In this document: positions 36,301 through 47,990 of the stretch, in pieces
Position numbering within the stretch: the first letter of the stretch is position 1
Layout: each line of letters starts with the position of its first letter
Assembly: GCA_013265495.1 (NCBI GenBank)
Contig: MU059330.1
Span: forward strand, 14,331,980 to 14,395,979
Origin: Vicugna vicugna
Taxonomy: Eukaryota
Reading direction: 5' to 3'
Length of the DNA stretch: 64,000 nt
Made by a program: the position numbers and the translations under genes
The notes under the pieces: generated by a model
What the model was told of the DNA's origin: nothing
Seen by the model: the letters and a program-made list of their open reading frames with translations, nothing else
The model's database searches: none

Positions 36301-36554
36301 GCCCTTTAAAGCGTGCACGTAGATGCTGCGTTTCTTTCAGCAAGGTGGGCGGCCCAGGGGGCTGCGCCTCCCAGGCTGAGGGCTCCCAGAGCGCCTTCCC
36401 GCATCCGTCCGCGCAGACCCAGCCCGAGGCGCCGAGCTCCGGGGAGGAGCCCACCGCAGGCCTCCCTGGGGACCCGCTCTCTCCTGAAAGTCCCGTCAGA
36501 AGCCCCTCTCTCCATGTGTATGCGTTCCCGTGTTATCAGTTCCTTTTCACTCTG

Positions 36555-36632
36555 GTTGAGGGGGTGAGCAGGTTTATTTCCAGGGGCGGTACGGGGGATC
36601 GAACCCAGGACCTCTGCCTCGCGCCTCCCCCG
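36555..36632 (-). mobile_element. Truncated or internally deleted camelid-type SINE
   Basis: GGTTTATTTCCAGGGGCGGTACGGGGGATCGAACCCAGGACCTC is the reverse complement of the B-box (GGTTCGATCCC) region of the same SINE family. Confidence 0.6.
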
Positions 36633-38329
36633 AGGAAGTCACTCTTTGCAGGGTCTCCATGGCACCAGTACAGTAGGTCAGTTAAGGCACAAATGGAGGC
36701 CCTGGTCCCCGAGTTCTGTCCACAGGGGCTGAGCTGGCCGGATGCCTTGACGTCACTGCGGCCCCAGACATTCTGTCTCAGCCCGCATTCCTTTGAATCG
36801 TTTAGACTGGTGTTTCTCTTCCCGTTTTCATTAGTGCTCAGGAGATGGCGTTTTGCTCCTAGAAGCCTCCTCGGCCAACCCAGAGTCACAGGTGCCGCCA
36901 CCCGGCCCGGAGGCGGGCGACGTCGCCTGCCCACGTGACCCAGGCCCAGCCGTCTCCGGCCCCTCGCAGACGCCCGCGGCCCTGCGAGTCTGCTCCAAGC
37001 CCGCTGTGCCCACGGTGGGGGGAGCTCGTGCAAGGCCCAGGCTCCCGGACCCCGTCCCTGACTGTCCTTCTGTCCCCTCCACCAGCGTTGGCCAGGTGGC
37101 ACGTGGACGTCAGGGAAGACGGGTCCCGCTGTGGGAGGCCTGGAAGCCGGGAGGGAGGGAGGTACAACTCCCAGGAGGGGAGGGCACTGCCCTGACTGTA
37201 TCTGCAGGTTCCAGGGCCCTGTGGGAGGGAGGGTGACCCTGTGCCATGGCCGCCCTGGCTCCTGGGGTCTCCCCTGCGGCGTCTCCGGCGCGGTGGAGCG
37301 GGCGCTGGAGACTCGTCTTCCCCAGAGTCCCCGCTCCCTGCCCGTCTGGACGCTTCTCCAGACAGATCTGGGGCCGGGGTCCTCGCAGCCGGCTCAGGGC
37401 CATCTTGGTAGAACTGACACTAAGTCATGAAAACGGGACCAGAGGCAAATTCAGCAAATGCTGCTCCACTCCCGGGGAGCACCCGGTGCGAAGCAGCTGA
37501 AGCGGGGTCCCTGCCACAGCGCGTCCTGTGCGGACGTCCCGTGGGCTGAACGACCCCCACTGCTGGAGCCGATGCCGCTCTGCCGGGGGCTTCGTGGTTC
37601 GTGCAGGTCCCCTTGGGCGCCGTGGAGGGTGAGAGGCGAGTTCTGTGAGGGCACATACATGAGACTATGGTCCCGTGATGTCTGCCTGTGTCAGACACTG
37701 TCCCGACGAGACGCTGGTGAGGACACGCGATGCTTGGCTGTGAGACGGCACCAGCCGTGCAGGTGGCTGCAGGCAGGAGTCCCTGTGTGAGTGAGTGAGC
37801 GAGCGAGCGCGCGTGAGTGTGTGCACGTGGACACAGTCTAATAGCCTACCTCGCCGGGGCAGCCATGGGGTCGAGGGACCCTGTGTGGCCGCAGGGTTGG
37901 GCTGTCTTCACCCAGAGATGCAGGCCCTTCAGCATTAGGGCAGAGCCCATTGGTCCAGGAGCCCTGGTCCAAGGGAAGGGCCGCTGGGGTGGGGCTGGCG
38001 CAGACTCGCAGCGTGACCGCTCGGGGTGGGACTGCAGAAGCTGGGCCACAGGCTCCGCTTACTCCGGCCAAAACCACTGCAGCGCAGGAAGCGCGGCGCC
38101 AGGAGTGGGTGGGTCTCCAGGGGCCCCAGCCAGCTCGTCTCGTGGCCTTGCTGGGGCTGCAGGGAGGCCGTGACCCCGCACACGGCCGTTCCCGCCTGGG
38201 CCAGGCCCCGGGGGTGGGGAAGGCGGGTGAGGGCAGCGCGGCGGCCTCCCAGGTCTGCGTCCTCCAGTTTGAAAGTGTTCACGAGGAAAGCAGCCGAGGC
38301 CGAACTCTCTCTGGGGCAGACTTCTAATT

Positions 38330-40490
38330 ACAGATCGACTTCATCGAGGGATTCAAATTTCTCCTTCTCCTGAGTCAGTTTCAGAAAATCGTGTTTATCT
38401 GGGAACTCGTCCATGTCCTCTGTGTTTTCAAATGCAGCGGCAGAAATGTCCGCAAGTGATCTCTCACAGCCTCTGCCGCCCGCCGGCGGCGGCGGCGCGC
38501 CCTCGAGGCCTGCTCTCCTGTCCACCCCTGCTGTGGGGCTTCATCAGCGCTGCAGGTCTTTTCACAGAGCCACCGTTTTGAAAGCAACCTTACTGTGCGT
38601 CTGCCCTCCGTGAGCGCCTGCCCTGCCCTGCCCGCTCCTCTCGCTGGCTGTTCCTTCCTTCCGTCTTCTTTAGTTCCACAGAGTGGGCCATCGGGCCACC
38701 GTCCTTAAATTCTTTCCCCCCAAACGTTCATTTAAGGCTGTAAAATCTCTGCGTGCCGCAGTTCACGTGTGTGTGTTTTCACCATTCAGTTCAAACATGA
38801 TCTGATCTCCACTGTGATTCACTTTGACCCGCGGATTATCCGAAAGGGGCTTGCTTAATTCCAAACACTTGAGGGCTTCTGACATCCTGTTCTGTTCTCC
38901 ACCGCGGCGAGAAGATGCACTCGAGGCCCTCGGTCGTCTAAGCTCCGGGAGACTCGCTTCACACCAGCTCGTGGTCAATGCTTTAAATGGCCTGCGTACT
39001 CTTGAAATTTTGTTTCATGCATTGAATTCCCTGATTTGTCAATCACGTAAGTATGTTTTGCGAATCTTTGTCTTCTGGCAGTTGATTACATTTGCTAATA
39101 AGCGTGTGCTAAGGTCCCGTGGTGACTGTGGACCCACCCACGGGGACCTTTGGTTGTTAACTTCGACGTCACCAGGTAGGGTGACCATCAGAGCCCGGGA
39201 CACGGCCCCCCACGGGAGGTGCTGTGAGCCTGCAGCTCTGAGTCCTCACGACACCCGTTCGGATGTGCTGAGGTGGGTCACCCTCTCCGCTGTCTTCACA
39301 TCACCCGCACCCTCGTGCCTCCACCCGGGACACACCTCCCACCGGGGTGACCCCGCCGGTGTCTCCGTCCGGCCAGTCCCTGGCCACAGCCGCCTGGTCC
39401 TCATTCTGGAGCGGCCCGTCCCACCTGCGCTGTGAAGGCTGCGCTGTGGGCGTAAGAGCACGTGCTCTCTTTCTCTCAGGGCACGAAGACGTCAGGGCCC
39501 TTTCCTGAGTCTGTTACTTTATTGCTCCTTGTGGAGTGTATTTCTGCTTTCCCTCTGGCTTTTAAAATGCCCCTTTGCCCCTGGTTTCCAGCGATTCTCC
39601 TGTGACCTGGCACTGCTGGGTTCCTGGGCGCCCACCTTGGTGCTGGAGTGGCCGTGCGCCGCGACTCCACGGCTGGGGCTGCAGTGCACACGGTGCTAGC
39701 CACTTCCATCCCGCCACTGTCGCCTCTCACACGTGCTGGAGCTCGCGTGTTCGCCGCTTTCTCTCTGGTCTTCAGTGCAGGTGTTTCTACACCTCCCTGT
39801 CAAGCCTCCCCATCCTCTCTGCTCCTCGGTCTGACCTGCTTTTAAACCTGCCTGTTAAGACTTGTCTTAAAAAAATGTTTTTACAACTTTAGGGAGAAAT
39901 AATTGATCTCCAAAAATACAAAAAGTGATTATATTTCAAGCGTGTAACACAGCGAGCTTCGACCCACAGACGTTGCTGTGAAACCATCACCACGTTGGAG
40001 ACGGGGGGCACGTCTGGCCCCCCGCCCCACCGCTGCACGCGGACCTCAGGTCCCCCGCGCCCGTGCCCGCGTGTGCACGTGCACGCGGGTGCTGCTGCCC
40101 CCGGGGGCCTCCCTCTGTCGCTGCGCTGCCTGGAGGAAACACGCCGTTTCTCAGAACGCTCTGAAGCTGCTCTCACCGCCCGTGTCTTGCATCCTCACTG
40201 CAAGACGCGGCGTCTCTTTGGGTGGTTCTGTTTCTCTTGCCCTTTCTTGACAGTCGTAAGGTGCTTCTTTTCTGTTCCTCTAACTCCCGTGAACAACCAG
40301 CTGGACCTTTCACCCTCTCGTCCATGTGTCTCACCCTCTCGTCCACTCTCTCCGCCTCTTTTCTCTCTGAACGAACATTGTGGCTTATTTCTCCAAAGCG
40401 TCACTTTCTGTTGCAATGGCTCTGTTGCTGGTCCCTTTCTTTGTGGTTTAATTTCAAATAACAACGTGCTTTGGTCTTGGAAGTTCATTA
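38330..40490 (-). mobile_element. Fragmented L1M ORF2 relic
   Basis: ORF 38328..38525 (AFENTEDMDEFPDKHDFLKLTQE) and ORF 38763..38978 (LSDNPRVKVNHSGDQIMFELNGEN) resemble L1 ORF2p. Confidence 0.7.
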
Positions 40491-40790
40491 TGCACTGAAT
40501 TTTGTGTCCCCCAAGCAACGTGCTGAGCCCCTGACCCTGGCGCCATGTGGAGGAGGCGGCGCCTCTGGGAGGGGATGAGGCCGTGAGGGCGGGGTCCCCC
40601 TGGTGGGTGGGCTGACGACAGGGCCCCACGGAGCTCCGACGCCCTTTCTGAGAGAACATGGCCGGCTCCGGCCAGCAGCGTCCTCCCAGGACGGCCCTGC
40701 TGATCCCAGACCCTGGCCTCCGGGACTGTGAGGACCATGTCTGCCCGTGATGCTCTGGGCTGTGGCATTTTTGTTGTAGCTGTTGAACTG
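40490..40790 (+). mobile_element. MLT1A/B-like MaLR LTR
   Basis: Starts TGCACTGAATTTTGTGTCCCCCAAG and later contains GGCCTCCGGGACTGTGAG...GCTGTGGCATTTTTGTTGTAGC. Confidence 0.75.
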
Positions 40791-42072
40791 ATCAAAGTTT
40801 TATTTTGTTCTTTTAAAAACTCTTCCTGTTTATTTTTCGTATTTCGTGCTGGTTCTTCCTTCTTTATATTTTCTTTTGGCTTTAATCCTCTCCTTGATAA
40901 TTAATCATTTTAAATGTCAATGCAGGTGGATTCCAAGGTCTGCCCCCCTCCCTTGCGGCCATGTCTCCGGAGCGTCCGTCCTCAGGGTGAAGGGCAGGCG
41001 ACTGCAACATGGGAGCCCGGTGGGCTGGCCCGGGGCGGGGGGATCAGAACACCGGGACACCTACCCCTGGCGGCGACCTCGGCCATTTCTGCCTGCGGCC
41101 CTCTTGCTTGTCTGTCTCTGTACCCGGGTGGTTCCCGGCCCACAGAAGTGGTGTAATGCGCGGCCTGGACTACGCTGACTGCGCCTGCCGGCTTCGTGGG
41201 GAGGCAGGTGCTCTCTGAGTGCAACGCTTCTCGTAAGCCCAGCTTCTCACCTAAGGCCTTCATTCTGCTTTTACTTCGTTTCGCTCAGCATTCCGTGTGC
41301 TTGTGGCGGGTGCCCCTCACTCTCCAACGCCCCCCGGCCGCTCGCCCACAGGCAGAGGCTGAGGCCCCAGCCCCCACGGCACCCACGGTCGATGGAAACG
41401 GGAAGCCAGGCAGTGGTGTGACAAGCGCTCTCACCCAGAGTCAAGTCTGGCCGCGGCGGGGGCAGGGCGATGCTGGCCACAGGCAGCTGATCTTGCCCGG
41501 AGCAAAGCTGCGACGGAAAGATTTGGGTAATTGCTGTGGATGCAGCGAAAATACGCCTAGAATAAACTACCTACCAAAGGAAAGGAAATCCAGCGTAAAT
41601 GCAGGTCGAGAAGGAGGAGCAGGTGTCCCCAGCTAAGACACTGATGGTGTGCAGGGCACCCAGCGCTCCTGGAACAATCCCCACTCCAGAGAGCCCAGCG
41701 GGGCTGGCGCCCCTGCCTCGTGGCCACGCTGTGTCCGCACTTCCCTGCCTTTGCTTGGCAGCGTGCAAGCATTTGCTTTTAGGAGAAGAAGCACCGTCGG
41801 GATCACTCTGCTTCGGCTGAGAAGTTCGTTTATGTTGCTAAGACCCCAGGGATCCCTGTGGACAGTGAGAGGTGCCTTTTCATAGCTGGAAAGGAGCTGA
41901 GAAGGGGCTACAGATTTATTTAGTCAAAACATCTGCATGAATTCTTTCTCCAAATGCAAGGAGGAGGGAGATGAGAAGCAAAAGCAATGCAAGTAAAACA
42001 TACGCTTATTTACATTTAAATTATTTCTTATAAGAAAGAAACATCTTTTCGCTATTTTGATGAATCAATTCC

Positions 42073-42115
42073 TTCATTCGTTCTTTCGTTTATTCAATAA
42101 ACACTTACTTAGTAC
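42073..42115 (-). mobile_element. L2 3' end relic
   Basis: TTCATTCGTTCTTTCGTTTATTCAATAAACACTTACTTAG resembles the reverse complement of the L2 terminus. Confidence 0.55.
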
Positions 42116-42439
42116 TAATTACAGGCTGGCTCGCTGTTTAATATTTCTCTGCTCAATGGCGCCCACAGCAACGAGCACACCTAGTGCCCAGATGCTGGCC
42201 TCTGACACCACTGTTCAGTGAAAGGCACCAGGGCTCCTTGGAGAAGTGGCTGATTCCAGGGCTGGGGGAGAATGTGGGATGAGCCCAGAGCATCCTTTTG
42301 TGCCAGAAAGCAGGACAGTGCTTAGAAAGAGACGGGGTGTGTCGAACATCACAGGAGCCAAGCTGGTCGAGCCTGCCCGCCAGAGCTGGGCGTCTGAGCC
42401 GCCAGGCGCGCTCCGGCTGTGCAGGGGCGGGACCCGAGG

Positions 42440-43170
42440 CTGACGGTGAGCGTCCGTGGCCCTTACTGGTGTCAGTGAACGAGGGAGAGGGACGGCCCTT
42501 CCTTCCAGAGAGACTCCTGGTCTTAAATGCGGAAGGAGTGGGGGAAACAGAAAATCACCGTGCAGCACTGCAGGGCTGGTCGTCGCAGAAAGACCCACCA
42601 AGGCAGGCTGAACGTTTTGAGGAGAAATGGATACTTGCACAGTTTCAAAGTTTCTCTCCAAGATCTTTATTGACTACAAAGGAAAGAGGGACACTTCAGC
42701 GGAGGAACCTGGCAGACCGCACCTCCCCGGGGCCACCAGGTCAGAGCACACTGGCACCTGTGCCCCGACGTGGCACTGGGGGCTCCGCGCTCCTGTTGTT
42801 TTCCTGCAAAGATACGTGACCGCAGTCGAGTCGAGATGCGTAATAGTCGCTCAAGGTGAGCGCCGTCTGGCGAACCCCTGACCTTCGTGGGTGTCATGGT
42901 CGCGAGGAAACCAAGAGCAGGCCCGGAAGTGCAGCGGGGCCCTCTTCAGGACCTGGGGCAGGGAGGGGCCCGCGTGGAGGCTGGCACCCGACACAGTGTG
43001 GTTGACTGTGCTCCACCCGCGTCGGCTCCCGCCCCCGCCCCCGCCCCAGCATGGCGGCGAGGCTACGCCAGATGCTGGCCTGAGGGACACGGGAACTCTC
43101 TGTACTGTTTCTCAACTTCTCTCTATTCCAAAATTATTTCCAAAGTAACAAGTTACAAAAAGTATGGTGC
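42440..43170 (+). mobile_element. L1MC/MD-like 3' end
   Basis: TTATTGACTACAAAGGAAAGAGGGACACTTCAGCGGAGGAACCTGGCAGAC and the terminal GGGAACTCTCTGTACTGTTTCTCAACTT...AAAATTATTTCCAAAGTAA. Confidence 0.8.
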
Positions 43171-45889
43171 CTGCGCTCAAAGAAAGCTGCAAAGTGACAG
43201 CCCGCACCTCGCCTTCACTCCACGCCCGGAGGAAACCGCTGCTGACAGGTTCTGAATTTCGGTGCTTCTGGAAGGAGGAAGCCCCACGGGCCCCCTTGTC
43301 CCCCAGGACTGGATCTGCCAGCAGCAGACGGCGGCCTCGGCTCCCTGGCACCTGGAACTTCTCCCGTCCTGCCGTGGGGTAACTCCTGCTCTCCACGTCT
43401 GGGGCCCTGAACGCAGGGAGCCCCTCATCCGGAACGAGCTGCCTGGATGGGCCCGTCCCGGCGGGCGCCCCCGAGGGTGCTGTGTCCAGGCCTGTAAACA
43501 GGAAGGAGGCGGCGCCCCTCACAGTGCTGAGGGCCGGGCTGTTCTGACGCACGTGGGCTGACTGGAAGACAGTTCCTGCGTGCACAGCGCTCAGCGACTG
43601 TTGTTACTAACATACGTTCCCCGCGTTTGCCGTGGATCTTGTTTATGAGGAGAGAACGCTGAAGTGAGCGTAGAGTCTGACGTGGCTCTGCCGCGACAGC
43701 TCACAAGCAGTCAGGTCACCGCGTCCCCCCTCCCGGCGGCGTTCCTGCCCCCAGGGCCAGGGGCTCCAGTCGGCTTTCACGTCAACCTCTTTGAAAAAGA
43801 ATTGAAAAGGGTCTGCAGTTTGTCTGCAACCTCACAGTGAGACCAAGTAGGGCCCCGCCGTGTCCGCCCTCTTGTCTGCAGAAAAGCTTCAGCCTCCCAG
43901 GCTTCCCCAAGATCCAAAGAGCAAATGTAATCAGTGAAGTGAGAAAATGCAGAAAGAAAACAGTCAAGCAAGACAAACTAGTCATAGTTCAGCCGCTAAA
44001 CAAAGTCAAGGACCTTTAGTTGCTCCTCGAGGGCGGTGGGTAATGCTCTGAGCCTCGTCCTTTGAGCTGCTCTGCAGACACTGAGGCCCCGCCAGGGGGA
44101 AGAGGCTGACTGCGTGCTGCCCCCCACACGTGGACCCAGATCAGCTGGAGCCAGAAGGTGGATGATGCTGACGCCCAGTGACCTCCCACCGACCACTCAG
44201 AACAGCGTCCACGAGCTGACCACGCCCCCCGCAGCCCCTCCCCCCGTCTTTAAAACCCTCCCCTGAGAGCCGTGGGGTGTTCGGGTCTTTTACACATTCG
44301 GCACCCAGACTCCTTGTTTGGCGCCTGCAATAAACGTGGGCAGGAGAGCCCAAGTTTGGTTTAGCAACAATATTTTTGTGCCCCTTAAACTCCTGTTGTA
44401 CCTTCACCCCTGGAAACATGGAAGCTCTCCTCTCCTTGTTTGGAGCCATCCCGTAACTGTAACTGGATTGACACGTTTTTGACAATTTTGACAGCTGGCG
44501 GTGATTACACATTGTGACAAAGAACCACAGCGAGCTGACATTTGTGGTGAAACTTCCCCAAGTCCTGCACATGTTCTGTCCTCGCCCGAGCTTAACCTGC
44601 TTTCCCTGGAGAAAGGAGTGAGGCAGGGACCTGCTGTGAGTGGCTTCTGGCTCTGGCCGCGCGGCAGGTCACCCGGACCCCGGGGCCCCAGGTGCTGACG
44701 GCACGTCAGCTGGGCCCCATCCCAGAGAGCAGCAGCACGTCTCCACGCGTCACCAGACTCGCCCCTCAGCCACCGTGGGCGTGGCTGAGATTTCCGTTGC
44801 AGTGAGCTCTGCCACCCATGTCCCCTCTCCGGTTTCAGCAGAGACTCTGAGTCGCCGTTGGGGAGGACTGGGTAAAAGCGATGGAGAAAGGAAAACCCCT
44901 GCCTAATGGCCATTCTCAGAGCAGCAGGGATGGCGTTTTATTGTAAAGCTGGCGGAGAACGCATTGCTGGGTTTGAGATGAGATCGCAGGCACACTGACC
45001 CATTTTCGTGCTTAGAGGCGTCTTGGAGGCGCCTTGAACATGGGCTTTGGGGCAGAGGGGTGTGCAGGGCCCAGGGAAGAGAAGACAGACAGAGGCCACA
45101 CGGCCCAGGTGCTCGTGAGGTCGGCCTCTCAGGGCACTGACACTAAGAGGTGGGCAGGTGCATGGTCGACAAACCACAAAATGACAGCATGGAGAGCCCG
45201 TCCCTGTCACGAAGCTCCGGGCAGGCCATTTGTGCCACCACGCACGCACGCGGGTGCTGGCTGCCCGGCCCAGGAGACTGGGCAGGGGGAGCCCCATGCA
45301 GCAGCTGTAACCAGAGTGTCAGAACGGGGGTGGCAGGGCTTGCTGGCGCTCACGGGCTGGGGGAGCTGCGAGTGGCCACGTTTGCTCACTGGGCCCCAGA
45401 CAAATCCAAGGGGCCTCTCTGCCTTGCCCCCTCTGCGTGCTAGTCCCTCCGGGAGCCCCAGCGCCTGAGTCCTCCTCATCTGGCTGCCCTGGGGTGCGGT
45501 GGAGTTGACCCCCAGGACCAGGGGCTTCATAGGCAAGTCCAAGGACCCCGTGGCCCCTTCGTGCTGGAGCAGTCCTCCGAAGGCCACCTCTCCAGTTTGA
45601 GACCCCAGAGGAGCTGAAGTGATAGGCCCCCACGTCCTGGGCTGTGGCCTGAGCCAGGAGAGTGGGCGGAGCTGGATGACCGTCCTGTCTGACAGCCGCC
45701 GACGGCCCACGCCGGCCACTGGCCCAAGCCCTGGGCCCAGCCGGTGCTGCCGTGACGTGGCCACAGTCTGCCCCAGAAGCCAGATTTCCGGTCCTAGGTG
45801 CCTGAGATGGACCCATCTTCCAGATGGGGAGGCTGAGGTGCTTTGTCCCTGGCTCCTGCTCTAGGCAGTGGGCGTGCTGCAGTGCCCAG

Positions 45890-46560
45890 ACAGACAAAAT
45901 TCCAGTTCCTAGAGCTACGCTAACAAGTAAAGAAGAGCAGCCACGTGGTTGGCTTGTAGAGTAACATCTGCGAGCTCGCCATCGTCGTCCACAACAGCTC
46001 TCAGTAGACTAGGAACAGAAAGGCATTTCCTTCGCTGGGTGAAGCGTCTTCCAAAAACCTTCAGCAAGTGTAACACTAAATGGTTAAACAGAAAGTGTTC
46101 CCCTTAAGAGCAGGAACGATAAGGATGCCTCCCGAAAGCACTGGTTCCTACCGTCCTGAGAGCGGCGTGGGTCACATCATTCGTGAGGGAGCAAGACGGG
46201 GGAGACAGACACACACAGCCAGACAGAGGGAGACAGAGAGTCAGAGAGACAGAGGGAGAGAGAGATGGTTGGAAGGAAAAACAGATTTTTCACAAGTGGT
46301 ATTACAGAAACTAGGGAAAATGAGAAAGAAGTAAGACAAGAAGTAAAAGACTGAGGGTAGCAGCTTCAGAGTGACGTGCACGCGCTCATCAGACGTAGCC
46401 AGGGGCAGCCAGTGCGCTGGATGCAAACCCAGCATGCAGGACCAACTGCACTTCTGTCCCCCGGAGCAGACATGCTAGAGGTGTGAAAACCAGCAGAAGA
46501 CGAAGGGGACCTGAGGAGAAAGCTGCAAGCTTTGCTGAGACGTGAGCAAGGCCTGAGCTC
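45890..46560 (+). mobile_element. L1 ORF2 reverse-transcriptase relic
   Basis: CTCTCAGTAGACTAGGAACAGAAAGG...AAATGGTTAAACAGAAAGTGTTCCCCTTAAGAGCAGGAAC is degraded L1 RT (LSKLGIEG...NGERLKAFPLRSGTRQGC). Confidence 0.75.
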
Positions 46561-47099
46561 CGGGGGAGGTCGCCAGGCTGGGGAGCTCCCGGCGGGTCTG
46601 GGGGGGCAGTGAGACCTGCCAGCTTCCAGAGGGCTCTGCCCCGAGCCTGGCGACCCGACTTGCAAGCTCACGGGGACAAGGGCACACGAGCTGCACAGAC
46701 GGGCCAGAGGGGAAGCCCCCGGCGGGAGCCCTCCCCGTCAGCGCCGAGACTGCCCGCCAGGCCGTGGCTGCGGGGCCGCCGGCTTCGGCGCAAGGACAGA
46801 CCAAGTCCCGGGGGCAGGGGGTCACGGGGGGGTGACCCGGGACAGACTCTTCCACGAAGTCGTGGGGAAGGTAGTTGTCACGAGAGAAAAGTGGCCGGGC
46901 TCCTCCCTCAGCCCTCACGTAAGGACAGGCCGGGCTCCGCCAGGGCCCTGGCTGCCAGCGTGAGTTAGAAGGGGGTACGGGAGACTGTGTCTGAGCCTTC
47001 AGGTGTGGAGGGGTCTCCCACTTTAATTTTGTTTTAGTTAATTAATTAAAAACACACCTTGAGGTAATTTAATTATGAAGTGGACTGATTTCTCATCTC

Positions 47100-47990
47100 A
47101 CGTTTCTTTTTCACTGAAATGCAGTTGACGGACAATGTTGCATTGGCTTCAGATGCACAACTTAGCGATGTGACACTTTTCAGATTACCCTCCATGGAAG
47201 GTACGAGACAGCGGCCACACTCCCCGAGCCGTGAGTCACCCTCTTGCACCAATTCGTCGTAGCTCCGGGCCGTGCCCCGCGTGTCTCCCCGTGGCCTGTT
47301 CTCTGTCTGTAAATCTGTTTCTGCTTTGTTACATCTTGTTCTCTCTTTTAGATCCCATATATAAATGGTATCTTAGGGCACCTGCTCTCTGTCTGAGTTC
47401 TGTCACCGAGCACGGTGCCCCCTGGGCCCGCCCGCGCTGCCGCAGACCCCGCTCCTTTCCATGGCCGAGTGGTATTCTGCTGTGCGCGCGGACGCACTTC
47501 CGTTGGCGGACACCTAGGTTGTGCCCGTATCTTGGCCGCTGTCACGTAACCCTGCTGTGAATACTGGGGTGTGTGGATCTTTTTATGTTAGTGTTTTCAT
47601 TTTCTTCCGACGCACGCCCGGGAATGGAATGGCTGGGCATACGGTAGCTCTACTTTTAATGTTCTGAGGACTCTCCACGCTGTTTTCCACAGTGGCTGCG
47701 CTGGTTTGCACTGTAGGGAAGTTCCCTTTTCTCCACGTCCTCACCAACACTAAGTCAGTCTCTTTAGAAACAGCCATCCTGGCGGGTAAGGCGACGCCTC
47801 GTCGTGGTGCTGACCTGCGTCTCCCTCACAGTCAGTGGCATCGAGCATCTTCTCGCGCCTCTTGGCTGTCTGTGCGTCGTCTTCAGGAGAATGCCTCTTC
47901 CAATCCTCCGCCACTTTTCAGCTGTGTAGTGTTTTCTTGAGTGAGTTGTGTGAGTTCTTCACATCTCGGGTTTTTAATATTGTTACAGGC
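47100..47990 (-). mobile_element. L1 3' end of the laurasiatherian/artiodactyl type
   Basis: TTTTTCACTGAAATGCAGTTGACGGACAATGTTG terminus. ORF 47583..47777 ([25 protein letters not shown]) is degraded ORF2p C-terminal sequence. Confidence 0.85.

Noticed and set aside
35838-36938. Longest ORF in the track (366 aa, plus strand)
   Set aside because: It has a GTG start, is Pro/Gly/Arg/Ala-rich, has no recognisable domain and runs through a SINE fragment. Long stop-free frames are expected in DNA this GC-rich.
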